Part shown: piece after piece, positions 49,436-59,206 of the stretch
Layout: every line of letters starts with the position of its first letter
How positions within the stretch are numbered: the stretch's first letter is position 1
Source: Gammaproteobacteria bacterium
GTDB lineage: Bacteria > Pseudomonadota > Gammaproteobacteria > Eutrophobiales > Eutrophobiaceae
Reading direction: 5' to 3'
DNA length: 64,000 nucleotides
Assembly: GCA_965222155.1 (NCBI GenBank)
Contig: CBDCTH010000004.1
Span: 256,001-320,000 of the forward strand
Notes under the pieces: model-generated
Seen by the model: the letters and a program-made list of their open reading frames with translations, nothing else
Told to the model about the DNA's origin: nothing
Databases searched by the model: none
Program-made: the position numbers and the translations under genes

Positions 49436-50665
49436 TCAATACCCTTGCAAGGAGACGAATAAACCGGCCAGAACGGCGCTCATGAGGTTGGACAAGGTGC
49501 CGGCAAGCACGGCCATCAGACCCAGCCCGGCAATGTCCTGGCGTCGTTCGGGCACCAGGGCGCCCATTCCGCCCAACAGGATCGCGATGGAAGTCAGGTT
49601 GGCGAAGCCGCACAGGCTAAAGGTGACGATCACCTGGGTGTGCGGGCTCAAGGTATCCCTGATCTCGCTGAAACTCAGGTAGGCGATAAATTCACTCATG
49701 ATGAATTTCTGTCCGATCAGGCTACCGGCCGCGGCTGCCTCAGACCACGGTACGCCTATCATGAAGGCCAGGGGCGCCAGTAGTTTGCCGAGAATTCCCT
49801 GTAAGGTCAGCCCCTCAATGCCGAACCAGCCGCCGATGCCTCCCAGCAGGCCGTTGAGCAAGGCGATCATGGCCACGAATGCGATCAGCATGGCGCCGAC
49901 GTTGGCCGCGAGTTTCAACCCGTCCAAGGTGCCGTTGCCGATGGCTTCAAAGATATTCACCACTTTCCCCGGGCCGCTGAATTGTACGTGTTCTATATCC
50001 TGTTCCGAGCGTTCGGTCTCCGGCTTGATGATTTTTGCCATGAGCAGACCGCCGGGCGCGGCCATAAAACTGGCCGCAATCAGGTAACTCAGGTTGATCC
50101 CCATCGCCGCGTAAGCTGCCATAATGGCGCCGGAGATGGCCGCCATACCGCTGGTCATCACCGCGAACAGTTCCGACCGGGTCAGGTCCTTCAGGTAGGG
50201 CCTGATTACCAGCGGCGATTCGCTGTGGCCAATGAATATGTTGGCTACCGCGCACATGGATTCAGTTTTGCTGGTGCCGAGCAGTTTATGTATGCCGCCC
50301 CCCAGAAACGTCACCAGTTTCTGCATGATGCCGAGGTAGTACAGGGTGGACATCAAAGCGGAAAAGAAGATAATCACCGGCAACAGGTGGAATGCGATAG
50401 AAAATCCGCCGTCCTTCCTGCCCAGTTCCCCGAATACAAATTCACTGCCTACGGCGCCGTAATCGATCACGTTCTGAACGCCGGCCACCATGGTGTTAAG
50501 AAAAGTCTGCCCCAGCGGGAAATAAAGAATGAGCCCGGCAATAGCTGCCTGTGTGAGAAAAGCGGCAACGACAGTCTTGAGCCTGATCGCACGCCTGTTT
50601 TCGGACAGCAGCAGGGCCAGGCTGATAATCACCGCCATCCCTACAAAACTCATCAGTATTTGCAT
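49436..50665 (-). CDS. nupC: NupC/CNT family nucleoside:cation symporter
   Basis: [39 protein letters not shown]. Confidence 0.9.
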   Translation of the reverse strand: MQILMSFVGMAVIISLALLLSENRRAIRLKTVVAAFLTQAAIAGLILYFPLGQTFLNTMVAGVQNVIDYGAVGSEFVFGELGRKDGGFSIAFHLLPVIIFFSALMSTLYYLGIMQKLVTFLGGGIHKLLGTSKTESMCAVANIFIGHSESPLVIRPYLKDLTRSELFAVMTSGMAAISGAIMAAYAAMGINLSYLIAASFMAAPGGLLMAKIIKPETERSEQDIEHVQFSGPGKVVNIFEAIGNGTLDGLKLAANVGAMLIAFVAMIALLNGLLGGIGGWFGIEGLTLQGILGKLLAPLAFMIGVPWSEAAAAGSLIGQKFIMSEFIAYLSFSEIRDTLSPHTQVIVTFSLCGFANLTSIAILLGGMGALVPERRQDIAGLGLMAVLAGTLSNLMSAVLAGLFVSLQGY

Positions 50666-50746
50666 GGAAAGTTATCCTTTTATGAAGTTTCGGAAATCCT
50701 GATCAAGTCATAAACACCCGCCGTCACACCAGCGCAAACCACCCGC

Positions 50747-50990
50747 CGTCATTCCGGCGCAGGCCCTCATCGTCATTGCCGTGCAGGCCCCCGCCGTCAT
50801 TCCAGCGCAGGCCCTCATCGTCATTCCAGCGCAGGCCCTCACCGTCATTCCAGCGCAGGCCCTCATCGTCATTCCGGCGCAGGCCGGAATCTAGTGAAAT
50901 ACAGAGTCGCCGGAGGCGACACGTTATCAGACTGGATTCCGGCCTGCGCCGGAATGACGGCGTGCGGGCAGTCAGCGCCGGAATGACGAT
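50747..50990. repeat. Tandem 24-bp REP-derived units plus an inverted REP pair
   Basis: About five cgtcattccagcgcaggccctcat units, then REP, spacer and ctggattccggcctgcgccggaatgacg. Confidence 0.85.
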
Positions 50991-51091
50991 GAGGGCCTGC
51001 GCAGCAATGAAGGGTGTAGCGCGGCATTGTTTTATCATGATTCCGTTGTGAAGTTATTATAAGATACACGTGGAAAGGAGGTTAAGCAAAA

Positions 51092-52723
51092 ATGAAATTA
51101 TTGCGATCTTGCTGTATGGCATTACTGGTTCTGCCCGTCATTGGCGCAAGCGGCAGCGTCTCGGCCGCAGAAGCGGGGGCCCGGGCGTATTTTCAAAAAG
51201 TGCGTCACGAACCGGCATTGCTGAGGAATTTCCTGTACGCTTTTCCCAAGGGGGGCGACCTGCACAATCACCTGGATGGCGCCATCTATGCAGAGAGCTA
51301 TATCCGCTGGGCCGCAGAGGATGGCAAGTGTATAGACCTGGAAAGCTTCATGATCACGGCGCCGCCCTGCAATGCGGAAACCGGCCTGCCCGCCGTGAGC
51401 GCTATCCGTTATGACGGCGACATGGTGAACCGCATAATCGATGCGTTCTCGATACGTAACTACGATCGCCGTGGGATATCCGGCCATGACCAGTTTTTCT
51501 CGACCTTCCGGCGTTTCGTCCCCGCCGGCGTCGGCCACGAAGGGGATATGCTGGCCGAATCAAGCGCCAGGTCGGCGCGCCAGAATATCCTCTACCTGGA
51601 ACTGTTGCAGTCCTGGGGCATGGACCAGGCCCGGCAACTGGCGGCGACCAATGAGGAGTTCGGCGCCGATACGCCGCTGGCCGAGTTGATCCGTCACCCG
51701 GATATCGAAAACCTGGCTGCGGCAACGATTCTCAAGCTGGATGGTATTGAACAACAGTGGCGCAGCACCCTGGCCTGCGGGCAGGAGCACGCCGACGCCG
51801 GTTGTGATGTGACCGTGCGTTACCTGGCCCAGGTGATCCGTATCTTTCCGCGCACACAGGTCCTGGCCCAGACCCTGCTAGCCTTCCACCTCATAGAAAA
51901 AGACCCGCGCTACGTGGGGCTTAACTTTGTTGCGCTGGAAGACAACCCCGTCACCCTGAGAGACTACCGCTGGCAGATGGAGATGATAGGGGAACTGGCC
52001 GGCCACTTCCCCACGGCAAAAGACGGCATCACGCTGCATGCCGGAGAAGTCTCCATGGGCCTGGTGCCGCCGGAACACCTGGGCTGGCACATCCGCGCGG
52101 CGCTGGAGGTTGCCGGTGCCCGGCGCATCGGTCACGGCACCGATATCTTTTACGATCCGCAGGCAACACGGCTCATGGAACAAATGGCCGAGCAGGGCAT
52201 CCTGGTCGAGATCAACCTGACCAGCAGCGAGGCTATACTGGGCATACAGGGCGAGAAGCATCCCATCCGAGCCTATCGCAAATACAAGGTTCCCATTGCC
52301 CTGTCGACGGACGATGAGGGGGTCGCCCGCATCGACCTGACCCACGAATACCAGCGCGCGGTGGAAACCTACGACCTGGGGTATGACGATCTCAAGTATT
52401 TATCCCGAAATGCCCTGGCCTACAGTTTTCTCCCCGGGGAAAGCCTGCTGGAATCAACCTACACGGGAAAAATAGTAAAACAATGTGATTACAGTCCCGC
52501 CAGGGCCGCTGACGAGTGCCGTCCGTCGACTGCAACCGCAGGGGATGACCCGGCGCAACAGTGCATGGATGAAGAAGAGAGACTGGAAGCAATCATGGAG
52601 ACATGCCTGGAATTCAAGTTCCGGAATGAAAAAGCCGGGTTACAGTCTGAACTGGAGCGGCGCTTCAAGGAGTTCGAAGCGGATTATCCGCAGATGACGC
52701 AGATGAACGCAGATGAATTATGA
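51092..52723 (+). CDS. Secreted adenosine deaminase family protein
   Basis: Signal peptide; PKGGDLHNHLDG, TLHAGE, RRIGHG, LSTDDEG. Confidence 0.88.
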   Translation: MKLLRSCCMALLVLPVIGASGSVSAAEAGARAYFQKVRHEPALLRNFLYAFPKGGDLHNHLDGAIYAESYIRWAAEDGKCIDLESFMITAPPCNAETGLPAVSAIRYDGDMVNRIIDAFSIRNYDRRGISGHDQFFSTFRRFVPAGVGHEGDMLAESSARSARQNILYLELLQSWGMDQARQLAATNEEFGADTPLAELIRHPDIENLAAATILKLDGIEQQWRSTLACGQEHADAGCDVTVRYLAQVIRIFPRTQVLAQTLLAFHLIEKDPRYVGLNFVALEDNPVTLRDYRWQMEMIGELAGHFPTAKDGITLHAGEVSMGLVPPEHLGWHIRAALEVAGARRIGHGTDIFYDPQATRLMEQMAEQGILVEINLTSSEAILGIQGEKHPIRAYRKYKVPIALSTDDEGVARIDLTHEYQRAVETYDLGYDDLKYLSRNALAYSFLPGESLLESTYTGKIVKQCDYSPARAADECRPSTATAGDDPAQQCMDEEERLEAIMETCLEFKFRNEKAGLQSELERRFKEFEADYPQMTQMNADEL

Positions 52724-52930
52724 GTCTTCATTTCACAGGGATGGATTCTCAAACCGGCAAGCATAAGAATCTTTTTCTGGATTCTTTTATTGCATAACTC
52801 CCGGATGACAGGTGATGTTTCTATCCGCAACATTTCAGAGGCTGACGGATAACAATATAAATTTTATCTGCGTTCATCTGCGTCACCTGCGGATTATTTT
52901 ATCTGAGCTAACCTGCGTCATCTGCGGATT
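52684..52930. mobile_element. IR-flanked ~210-bp element (ATCCGCAGATGACGCAGATGAACGCAGAT ends), copy 1
   Basis: Left IR 52684-52719, right IR 52860-52896 plus an extra unit to 52930; AT-rich core homologous to the reverse complement of 54830-54972. Confidence 0.8.
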
Positions 52931-54794
52931 AATAGTATTTTCATTGCCCCTTACGGCCCGGGAGGGGGTTCATCGCTTTCCTTACTTCGGCGACCTGCAC
53001 GTACACACGTCCTGGTCGCTGGACGCCTACATCATCTTCAACAGGACCACACCGCGGGACGCCTACCGGTTTGCCCGGGGTGAGGAAATTGAATCCTACG
53101 GCGGACAGCCGCGTAAACTCGCGCTGCCGCTGGACTTTGTCGCGGTGACCGAACATGCGGAATTTCTCGGCGAGATGTTGCTCTGCTCGGAGCCGTCCAC
53201 CGCTGCATACCGGGCCCGGTTGTGTGCCGACATAAGGAATGAACAGCAGGACCCGGCCATCGAGAACCGGGTATTCCGCACTGTGCTGTTGAAAATCCTG
53301 AAATCGGCAAGGCCGCAACGCCCGGCCTTCTGCGGCAGCGGCGGGCAGGACTGCCGGCACGCGGCGCACAGCCGCTGGCAGGACATCGGGCGCATTGCGG
53401 ACGAATATTATCAGCCCGGCGAATTCACTACCTTCATCGGTTATGAATGGACCGGCGAACGCAACGGCAATCGGCACCGCAACGTGATCTTTCGCAATAA
53501 CACGGTACCCGAAACACCCTGGAGCATGATCGAGGTGCCGACCGTGGAAGAGTTGTGGGGTAAACTGGACGAAGACTGCCGGGCGCCCTGTGAGGCGCTG
53601 ACTATCTCCCACAACTCCAACCAGAGCCGGGGCGCGCGTTTCGCCGGCCTTAACTCCGCCGGCGCGCCGCTTACCCGGGAAGATGCCGCTTACCGGGCTG
53701 CCCACGAACCGTTGGTGGAAATCATGCAGTTCAAGGGCGATTCCGAATGCCGCGCCGGCCTGGGCACGGAAGATGAATTCTGCAATTTTGAAAAATACGA
53801 CCTGCGCCCCCTGTGTTCCGATCCCCCGGCGCAGGGTACTGCCCTGCCGTGCGTGCCGGTCTGTACGGCTCCAAACCACCCGGAAGGCTGCGCCACCCCG
53901 TTCAACTACGTGCGCAACGGACTGAAATCGGGCCTGGAGTTCCAGCAACGCCTGGGCGTCAACCCCTACAAACTGGGCCTGCTCGGCAGCACGGACGTCC
54001 ATAACGGCAACCCCGGTGATACCGGCGAGGACGGTTATCGCGGTCATTTCGGTTATCTTGACGCCGCCGCGCAAGACCGCCTGGTGCCTGCCCTGAAAAC
54101 CGGTTTCAAGGAGTTACCGAGGAATCCCGGCGCCCTGGCAGGCGTCTGGGCTGAGGAAAACACCCGGGACAGCCTGTTTGACGCGTTCCGGCGCAGGGAG
54201 ACCTTCGGCACCAGCGGCAACCGCACCCTGGTACGCTTCTTCGGCGGTTGGGATTTCCCTGCCGGATTGGAGCCCGGAACCGACCTGGCCGAACTGGGTT
54301 ACCGCTTCGGCGTGCCGATGGGCGCCGACCTGCCCGAACCCGTGACAGGCGGCCCGCCGCGCTTTCTGGTGTGGGCCATGCAGGCTGTGGATGGCGAGAC
54401 GCTGCAACGCCTGCAGGTGATAAAGGGCTGGCTGGAAGACGGCATGACACGGGAACGGGTCTATGACGTGGCCTGTTCCGACGGCCTGGAACCGGACCCG
54501 GACAGCAACCGCTGCCCTGCCAACGGCGCCCGCGTCAACCTGGAAGATTGCAGCGTGACCCCGAACCGCGGCGCAACGCAATTGCAGGGCGTATGGGAAG
54601 ACCCCGATTTCGATGCCCGGGAACATGCGTTCTATTACCTGCGGGTGCTGGAAAACCCGCGCTGCCGCTGGAGCACTTACGATGCCCTGCGCCTGGGGCA
54701 ATCCCCCCCGCCTGAGACAGCGCCCACGGTACAGGAACGTGCCTGGTCATCGCCGATCTGGTATACAGGGGTTTCATCGGCAGATGAAGAATGA
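52812..54794 (+). CDS. DUF3604 family PHP-like metallohydrolase, paralog 1 (start uncertain)
   Basis: YFGDLHVHTSWSLDA, LDFVAVTEHAE, FTTFIGYEWT, HRNVIFR, GSTDVHN, QERAWSSPIWY. Confidence 0.85.
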   Translation: MMFLSATFQRLTDNNINFICVHLRHLRIILSELTCVICGLIVFSLPLTAREGVHRFPYFGDLHVHTSWSLDAYIIFNRTTPRDAYRFARGEEIESYGGQPRKLALPLDFVAVTEHAEFLGEMLLCSEPSTAAYRARLCADIRNEQQDPAIENRVFRTVLLKILKSARPQRPAFCGSGGQDCRHAAHSRWQDIGRIADEYYQPGEFTTFIGYEWTGERNGNRHRNVIFRNNTVPETPWSMIEVPTVEELWGKLDEDCRAPCEALTISHNSNQSRGARFAGLNSAGAPLTREDAAYRAAHEPLVEIMQFKGDSECRAGLGTEDEFCNFEKYDLRPLCSDPPAQGTALPCVPVCTAPNHPEGCATPFNYVRNGLKSGLEFQQRLGVNPYKLGLLGSTDVHNGNPGDTGEDGYRGHFGYLDAAAQDRLVPALKTGFKELPRNPGALAGVWAEENTRDSLFDAFRRRETFGTSGNRTLVRFFGGWDFPAGLEPGTDLAELGYRFGVPMGADLPEPVTGGPPRFLVWAMQAVDGETLQRLQVIKGWLEDGMTRERVYDVACSDGLEPDPDSNRCPANGARVNLEDCSVTPNRGATQLQGVWEDPDFDAREHAFYYLRVLENPRCRWSTYDALRLGQSPPPETAPTVQERAWSSPIWYTGVSSADEE

Positions 54795-54795
54795 T

Positions 54796-55007
54796 TTATC
54801 CGCAGATGACGCAGATGAACGCAGATGATAATTTAATCGTTATCCATCATCAGTCGGCAGGATGTTACGGATAGGAATATCACTTTTCATCTGTTAATAA
54901 TGCAAAAATATAAATTCGATGATTCTTATGCTGGTCGGTTTGAGAATGTATCCTTGTCAAAAGAAGAATCATAATTCATCTGCGTTAATCTGCGTCATCT
55001 GCGGATT
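54796..55007. mobile_element. IR-flanked element, copy 2 (core inverted relative to copy 1)
   Basis: Left IR 54796-54829, right IR 54973-55007. Confidence 0.8.
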
Positions 55008-56916
55008 GATAGTATTTTCATTGCCTCTCACGGCCCAGGAAGGTATTCAACGCTTTCCTTACTTCGGCGACCTGCATGTGCATACTTCCTGGTCGCTTGA
55101 CAGTTATGTCAATTACAACCGTGTCGGCCCCCGTGATGCCTACCGGTTTGCCGGGGGTGAACCGGTGATCCTGTCCGGCGGCAGGGTGGTGCAGATAGAT
55201 CGACCCTTGGATTTTACGGCAGTGACGGAACATGCGGAATACCTGGGTGAACTGCCGCTTTGTACCGATCAGTCCGGCGCCGCGTACTCATTGGAACTGT
55301 GCCGGGATATCCGCAATGAAACCGGGCAGAAGTCCTATATAGATAAGATTTTCAGGGAGTTGATCATACGCGACGTGCTGTCTGCGAACCCGCAACGGGA
55401 GCCTGACCTGTGTGGCGAAGATAACACCCGTTGCCTGGCAAGAGCAAAATCAACCTGGCGGGAATTACAGGATATAGCCCATGAATTTAACCGTCCCGGC
55501 GCCTTTACCACCTTCGTCGGCTATGAGTGGACCGGCAATACGGACGGAAACAACCTGCACAGGAATGTAATCTACGGGAATGCTCAGGTTCCGGCATTGC
55601 CCATAGGTTATTTCGAGGCGAACACGCCGGAAAAATTGTGGCGGCAATTACATGATACCTGTACCGCCCCCTGTGAAGTGCTGGCAATTCCGCATAATTC
55701 CAACCAGAGCAATGGACGGCAGTTCCCGGGAATGAACCCGGATGGCAGTATGCTCAGCGTTGAGCAGGCAAGATTGCGGACAAAAACGGAACCCCTGGTG
55801 GAGATTATCCAGGCCAAGGGTGAATCGGAATGCCACACCGGGGTGGGTACGGAGGATGAATTGTGTCTGTATGAAAAGCTGGAACGCCGCCCGCTGTGCG
55901 GGGCAGACACGGCGGACGCATCCTGTGCCCGGGTCTGTGAGAGTCCTGACCAGGCAGACGTTTGCATCGCGCCCAATAACTACGTCCGCAATGCCTTGAA
56001 GCTGGGTCTGGAACTGGAGCGGCAACTGGACGTTAACCCGTACAGGTTTGGCTTCATAGGCAGCACAGACACCCATAACGGCACACCCGGCGGCACCGAC
56101 GAGACCGATTACCAGGGCCATCACGGGTTTGAAGACGGCACCCCGGCGCGGCGGGCGCTCACGCCTGAAATAAAATCCTTTTCGCCAAGCCGGATGAAAG
56201 GTTCCGGCGGGCTGGCCGGTGTGTGGGCGGAACAGAATACCCGCGCGAGCCTGTTTGCCGCGCTGAAACGCCGCGAAACCTTTGCCACCAGCGGCACCCG
56301 TATTACCGTGCGGTTCTTCGCGGGCTGGGATTTCCCGGACAGAATTGACGGTTCAACCGACCTGGCCGCACTGGGTTACACCAGGGGGGTGCCGATGGGT
56401 GGCAACCTGCTGGCGCGGGCCGGGTTACAGCACACCGGCAAAACCGCTGAGGGAGCATCGCTGAATGATGACCTGGCGGCAGCGGACGATGCAACGCCGC
56501 CGGGCTTCATCCTCTGGGCGATGAAAGACCCGGAAGGGGTCAACCTGCAACGCATGCAGGTGATCAAGGGATGGCTGGAGCAGGGGCAGAGCAGGGAAAA
56601 GGTGTATGACGTGGCCTGTTCCGACGGCCTGGTTCCGCTCCCGGACACACATCGCTGTCCTGACAACGGTGCCGCCGTGGACCTCAGCGATTGCAGTGTC
56701 AGCACGGAGAAAGGCGCCGTTGAACTGAAATCCCAATGGCGGGACCCGGATTTCGACGCGGCACAACACGCTTTTTACTACGTGAGGGTACTGGAGAACC
56801 CCAGCTGCCGCTGGAGCACCTGGGAAGCACTACGCGAAGGTAATAAACCGTTCGAGGACGTCGACCTCACCATACGGGAACGCGCCTGGAGTTCGCCGAT
56901 TTGGTACAGCCCTTGA
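54919..56916 (+). CDS. DUF3604 family protein, paralog 2 (start uncertain)
   Basis: Same motifs as paralog 1: YFGDLHVHTSWS, GYEWT, GSTDTHN, RERAWSSPIWY. Confidence 0.85.
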   Translation: MILMLVGLRMYPCQKKNHNSSALICVICGLIVFSLPLTAQEGIQRFPYFGDLHVHTSWSLDSYVNYNRVGPRDAYRFAGGEPVILSGGRVVQIDRPLDFTAVTEHAEYLGELPLCTDQSGAAYSLELCRDIRNETGQKSYIDKIFRELIIRDVLSANPQREPDLCGEDNTRCLARAKSTWRELQDIAHEFNRPGAFTTFVGYEWTGNTDGNNLHRNVIYGNAQVPALPIGYFEANTPEKLWRQLHDTCTAPCEVLAIPHNSNQSNGRQFPGMNPDGSMLSVEQARLRTKTEPLVEIIQAKGESECHTGVGTEDELCLYEKLERRPLCGADTADASCARVCESPDQADVCIAPNNYVRNALKLGLELERQLDVNPYRFGFIGSTDTHNGTPGGTDETDYQGHHGFEDGTPARRALTPEIKSFSPSRMKGSGGLAGVWAEQNTRASLFAALKRRETFATSGTRITVRFFAGWDFPDRIDGSTDLAALGYTRGVPMGGNLLARAGLQHTGKTAEGASLNDDLAAADDATPPGFILWAMKDPEGVNLQRMQVIKGWLEQGQSREKVYDVACSDGLVPLPDTHRCPDNGAAVDLSDCSVSTEKGAVELKSQWRDPDFDAAQHAFYYVRVLENPSCRWSTWEALREGNKPFEDVDLTIRERAWSSPIWYSP

Positions 56917-56967
56917 ACACTGCCCTATGTCAGATCATGGATAAGTAAGGATGGAGCTTGTTACTTT

Positions 56968-57343
56968 AGCCCGCATTATTTCTCACCAGTTGATGCGATG
57001 ACAAATCGACAGGATAGCCGATTTACAAAGTACGTCCTGTACTTTGCCCCGTCGGGGCCAGTCTCGCGGGGCTCGACTGTTCATATTTGCCCCAGGCAAA
57101 TTTATGCACGGCGCAAGCCGCCCGTAGGGTTGCGCCCAGAGCCTGCCCCCCTGCTTACAACCGCAGGGGCAAGCTCTGTATGGAGTTGAGCAGGGGGATG
57201 GGCGCAATGAACGCACCGGATTTTGATGTGCGCCTTCCCTGGCGCACCCCCTACGGGCACCCTGCGGGCGTCCAAATCTGCTCCGGGCAGATTTGTGATG
57301 TGCGCCGTCCATCTCTCCGGGGACGGATTTCAAATCCGTCCCC
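56968..57343. mobile_element. Degenerate mosaic of MITE modules
   Basis: One diverged TIR (agcccgcattatttctcaccag) plus internal modules shared with 24155-24500 and 42068-42519. Confidence 0.7.
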
Positions 57344-57369
57344 TTATGCAGTACGGGCGCCCGGCGAAG

Positions 57370-57456
57370 GATATTTGGGGTCAGAGTAAAAATACAGTCA
57401 GTTTGGCAAGTGGTAGTGGCTTGTTGTTGAGTATTTTTACTCTGACCCTAAATATC
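57370..57456. mobile_element. Miniature GGGGTCAGAGTAAAAAT IR element, copy 2
   Basis: gatatttggggtcagagtaaaaatac ... gtatttttactctgaccctaaatatc. Confidence 0.85.
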
Positions 57457-57468
57457 ACCAAATATCAA

Positions 57469-57495
57469 TCAGCGTATTAACTTACGCCGTTTCAT
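57469..57495 (-). pseudogene. Probable hicA 5' stub (MKRRKLIR*)
   Basis: ATGA overlap with hicB stop; resembles HicA N-termini; abuts the MITE. Confidence 0.45.
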
Positions 57496-57704
57496 ACAGC
57501 GATATTAAGTTCTTCGTATCTCTCACCGGCAGCATGACGGGCATCCATACGGTTGAATTCAAGCGCTTCCCTCAACGTTATGGTTAATGATTCCAGGAGT
57601 TCCTCACGAGTCAATTCCTGGCAGTTTACACCGGGCACTTCTTCAATCCAGCCGATCCAGCAGTTGTCTTGTTGTTTAATGATGGCAGTGTAGTTCATAT
57701 TCAT
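57492..57704 (-). CDS. HicB-family (UPF0150) antitoxin, orphan
   Basis: YTAIIKQ..WIGWIEEVPGVNCQE.TREEL. Confidence 0.85.
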   Translation of the reverse strand: MNMNYTAIIKQQDNCWIGWIEEVPGVNCQELTREELLESLTITLREALEFNRMDARHAAGERYEELNIAV

Positions 57705-57733
57705 GTATTCATTGCATCTTAATTCCAGTTACA

Positions 57734-59206
57734 ATGGATGCGGATTCTATAGTGATTTACAGGATACCCACCAGAAAGGATAACATTACCGGGTGCGCCC
57801 ACCTGACAGAGGGTACTACAAGTAACATATTGAAAAAATTCATTTCGCAATTACTGATACAAGGCCTGGTGTTGCTTCTGGCCGGTTGCGCCGTCTCTGC
57901 GATTTCACCCGGTATCAAGGAACGGGACCTGCCTGATAGCTGGAGCGTTGAGGCAGAGCATGATGCAGTCAGGGCCGGCTGGCTGGCGGAGCTGGGTGAT
58001 ACGGAACTCAGCGACCTGGTGGCCGTTGCCATGGAGCAGAATTACCAGCTGGCGCAACTGGCCGCGGACGTCGAGGCCGCGCAACAGGCCGTCATCATCA
58101 GCGGCGCGCCGCTTTATCCGGAATTATCCCTGGCGTTCGACAGCTCGCGCAGGCGGGTTATCAGCAACGATTTCGGGATTACCAGGACCACCAGCAACTT
58201 CGAGGTCGGCGTGGACCTGTCCTGGGAAATCGATGCCTGGGGTAAACTCAGGGATATCGAGAAACAGGCCGGCCTGAACCTGCTGGCAGCGCAGGCGCGC
58301 TATACGGACAACCGTAACAGGCTGGCGGCCAGGGTGGCGCGCGCCTGGTACAACGTCGTCGGCGCGGGTGAACTGCTGGCGCTGTTGCGCGAGAGGCTGG
58401 CAAACCTCAAGGAAGACCTGGACATTATCCAGCGCGCCTATAACCAGGGTTTGACGGGCGCATTGGACGTTTACCTGGCCCGCACAAGTGTGGACCAGGA
58501 ACGCGCCCGCATTGCCGGGCAGGAGCAACTGCTGGCGGAAAACCGGGTGGCCCTGCAGTTGCTGCTGGGAGATTACCCGGACGGCAGGCTGCATGTGGAT
58601 AAGACGTTGCCCCTGCTTGAGGAACCCATTCCCGCGGGTCTGCCCGCCGAACTCATCAGCCGGCGGCCGGACCTGCAACAGGCGTGGATGAGCCTGCTGG
58701 CCAGTGACGCGGGTGTTGCGATTGCCCATAAGCAGCGGTTTCCGCGTATTTCCCTGGTGGCGGCCGGCAATGACGTCTCGAAAGAATTCGGCAGCCTGCT
58801 GAACGGCAGCGCGCTGGCCTGGTCGGTGCTGGGCAACCTGACCCAGCCCCTGTTTAACCGGGGCCGGCTGAAAGCGCAGGAGGAACAGGCCAGGGCCCGC
58901 GTCGCGCAGGCGGAAAATCAATACCTGGAGCGGTTGTACCAGGCCTTCTCGGAGGTGGAGAACGCCCTCAGCCGCAACCGCTCACTGCAAACCCGCTACC
59001 AGGTGACCCTGGCTGCGGAAAAAAATGCCGTGACCGGGCTGACCCTGGCGTTTGAACAGTATCAGCGCGGACTGGTCCCCTATACCACGGTACTGGAGGC
59101 GCAGCGCCGAGCTTTTGATATACAATCCGGGGTGATCGAATTGCGCAACCAGTTGTTGCAGAACAGGATCACCTTACACCTTGCCCTGGGAGGCGACTTT
59201 GGATGA
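57734..59206 (+). CDS. RND efflux outer membrane lipoprotein (NodT/OprM family); real start likely near 57830
   Basis: Lipobox LLAGC, SWEIDAWG, LPAELISRRPDL, LHLALGGDF. Confidence 0.9.
   Translation: MDADSIVIYRIPTRKDNITGCAHLTEGTTSNILKKFISQLLIQGLVLLLAGCAVSAISPGIKERDLPDSWSVEAEHDAVRAGWLAELGDTELSDLVAVAMEQNYQLAQLAADVEAAQQAVIISGAPLYPELSLAFDSSRRRVISNDFGITRTTSNFEVGVDLSWEIDAWGKLRDIEKQAGLNLLAAQARYTDNRNRLAARVARAWYNVVGAGELLALLRERLANLKEDLDIIQRAYNQGLTGALDVYLARTSVDQERARIAGQEQLLAENRVALQLLLGDYPDGRLHVDKTLPLLEEPIPAGLPAELISRRPDLQQAWMSLLASDAGVAIAHKQRFPRISLVAAGNDVSKEFGSLLNGSALAWSVLGNLTQPLFNRGRLKAQEEQARARVAQAENQYLERLYQAFSEVENALSRNRSLQTRYQVTLAAEKNAVTGLTLAFEQYQRGLVPYTTVLEAQRRAFDIQSGVIELRNQLLQNRITLHLALGGDFG

Noticed and set aside
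50747-50990. Possible CRISPR array or repeat-protein ORFs (50724-51038, 50776-51051)
   Set aside because: 24-bp contiguous REP-derived units without spacers; the ORFs are translations of the repeat.
52941-54074. 377-aa antisense ORF and similar long shadow ORFs (14223-15011, 60921-61880, 62295-63074)
   Set aside because: Antisense to well-supported genes and explained by codon bias.
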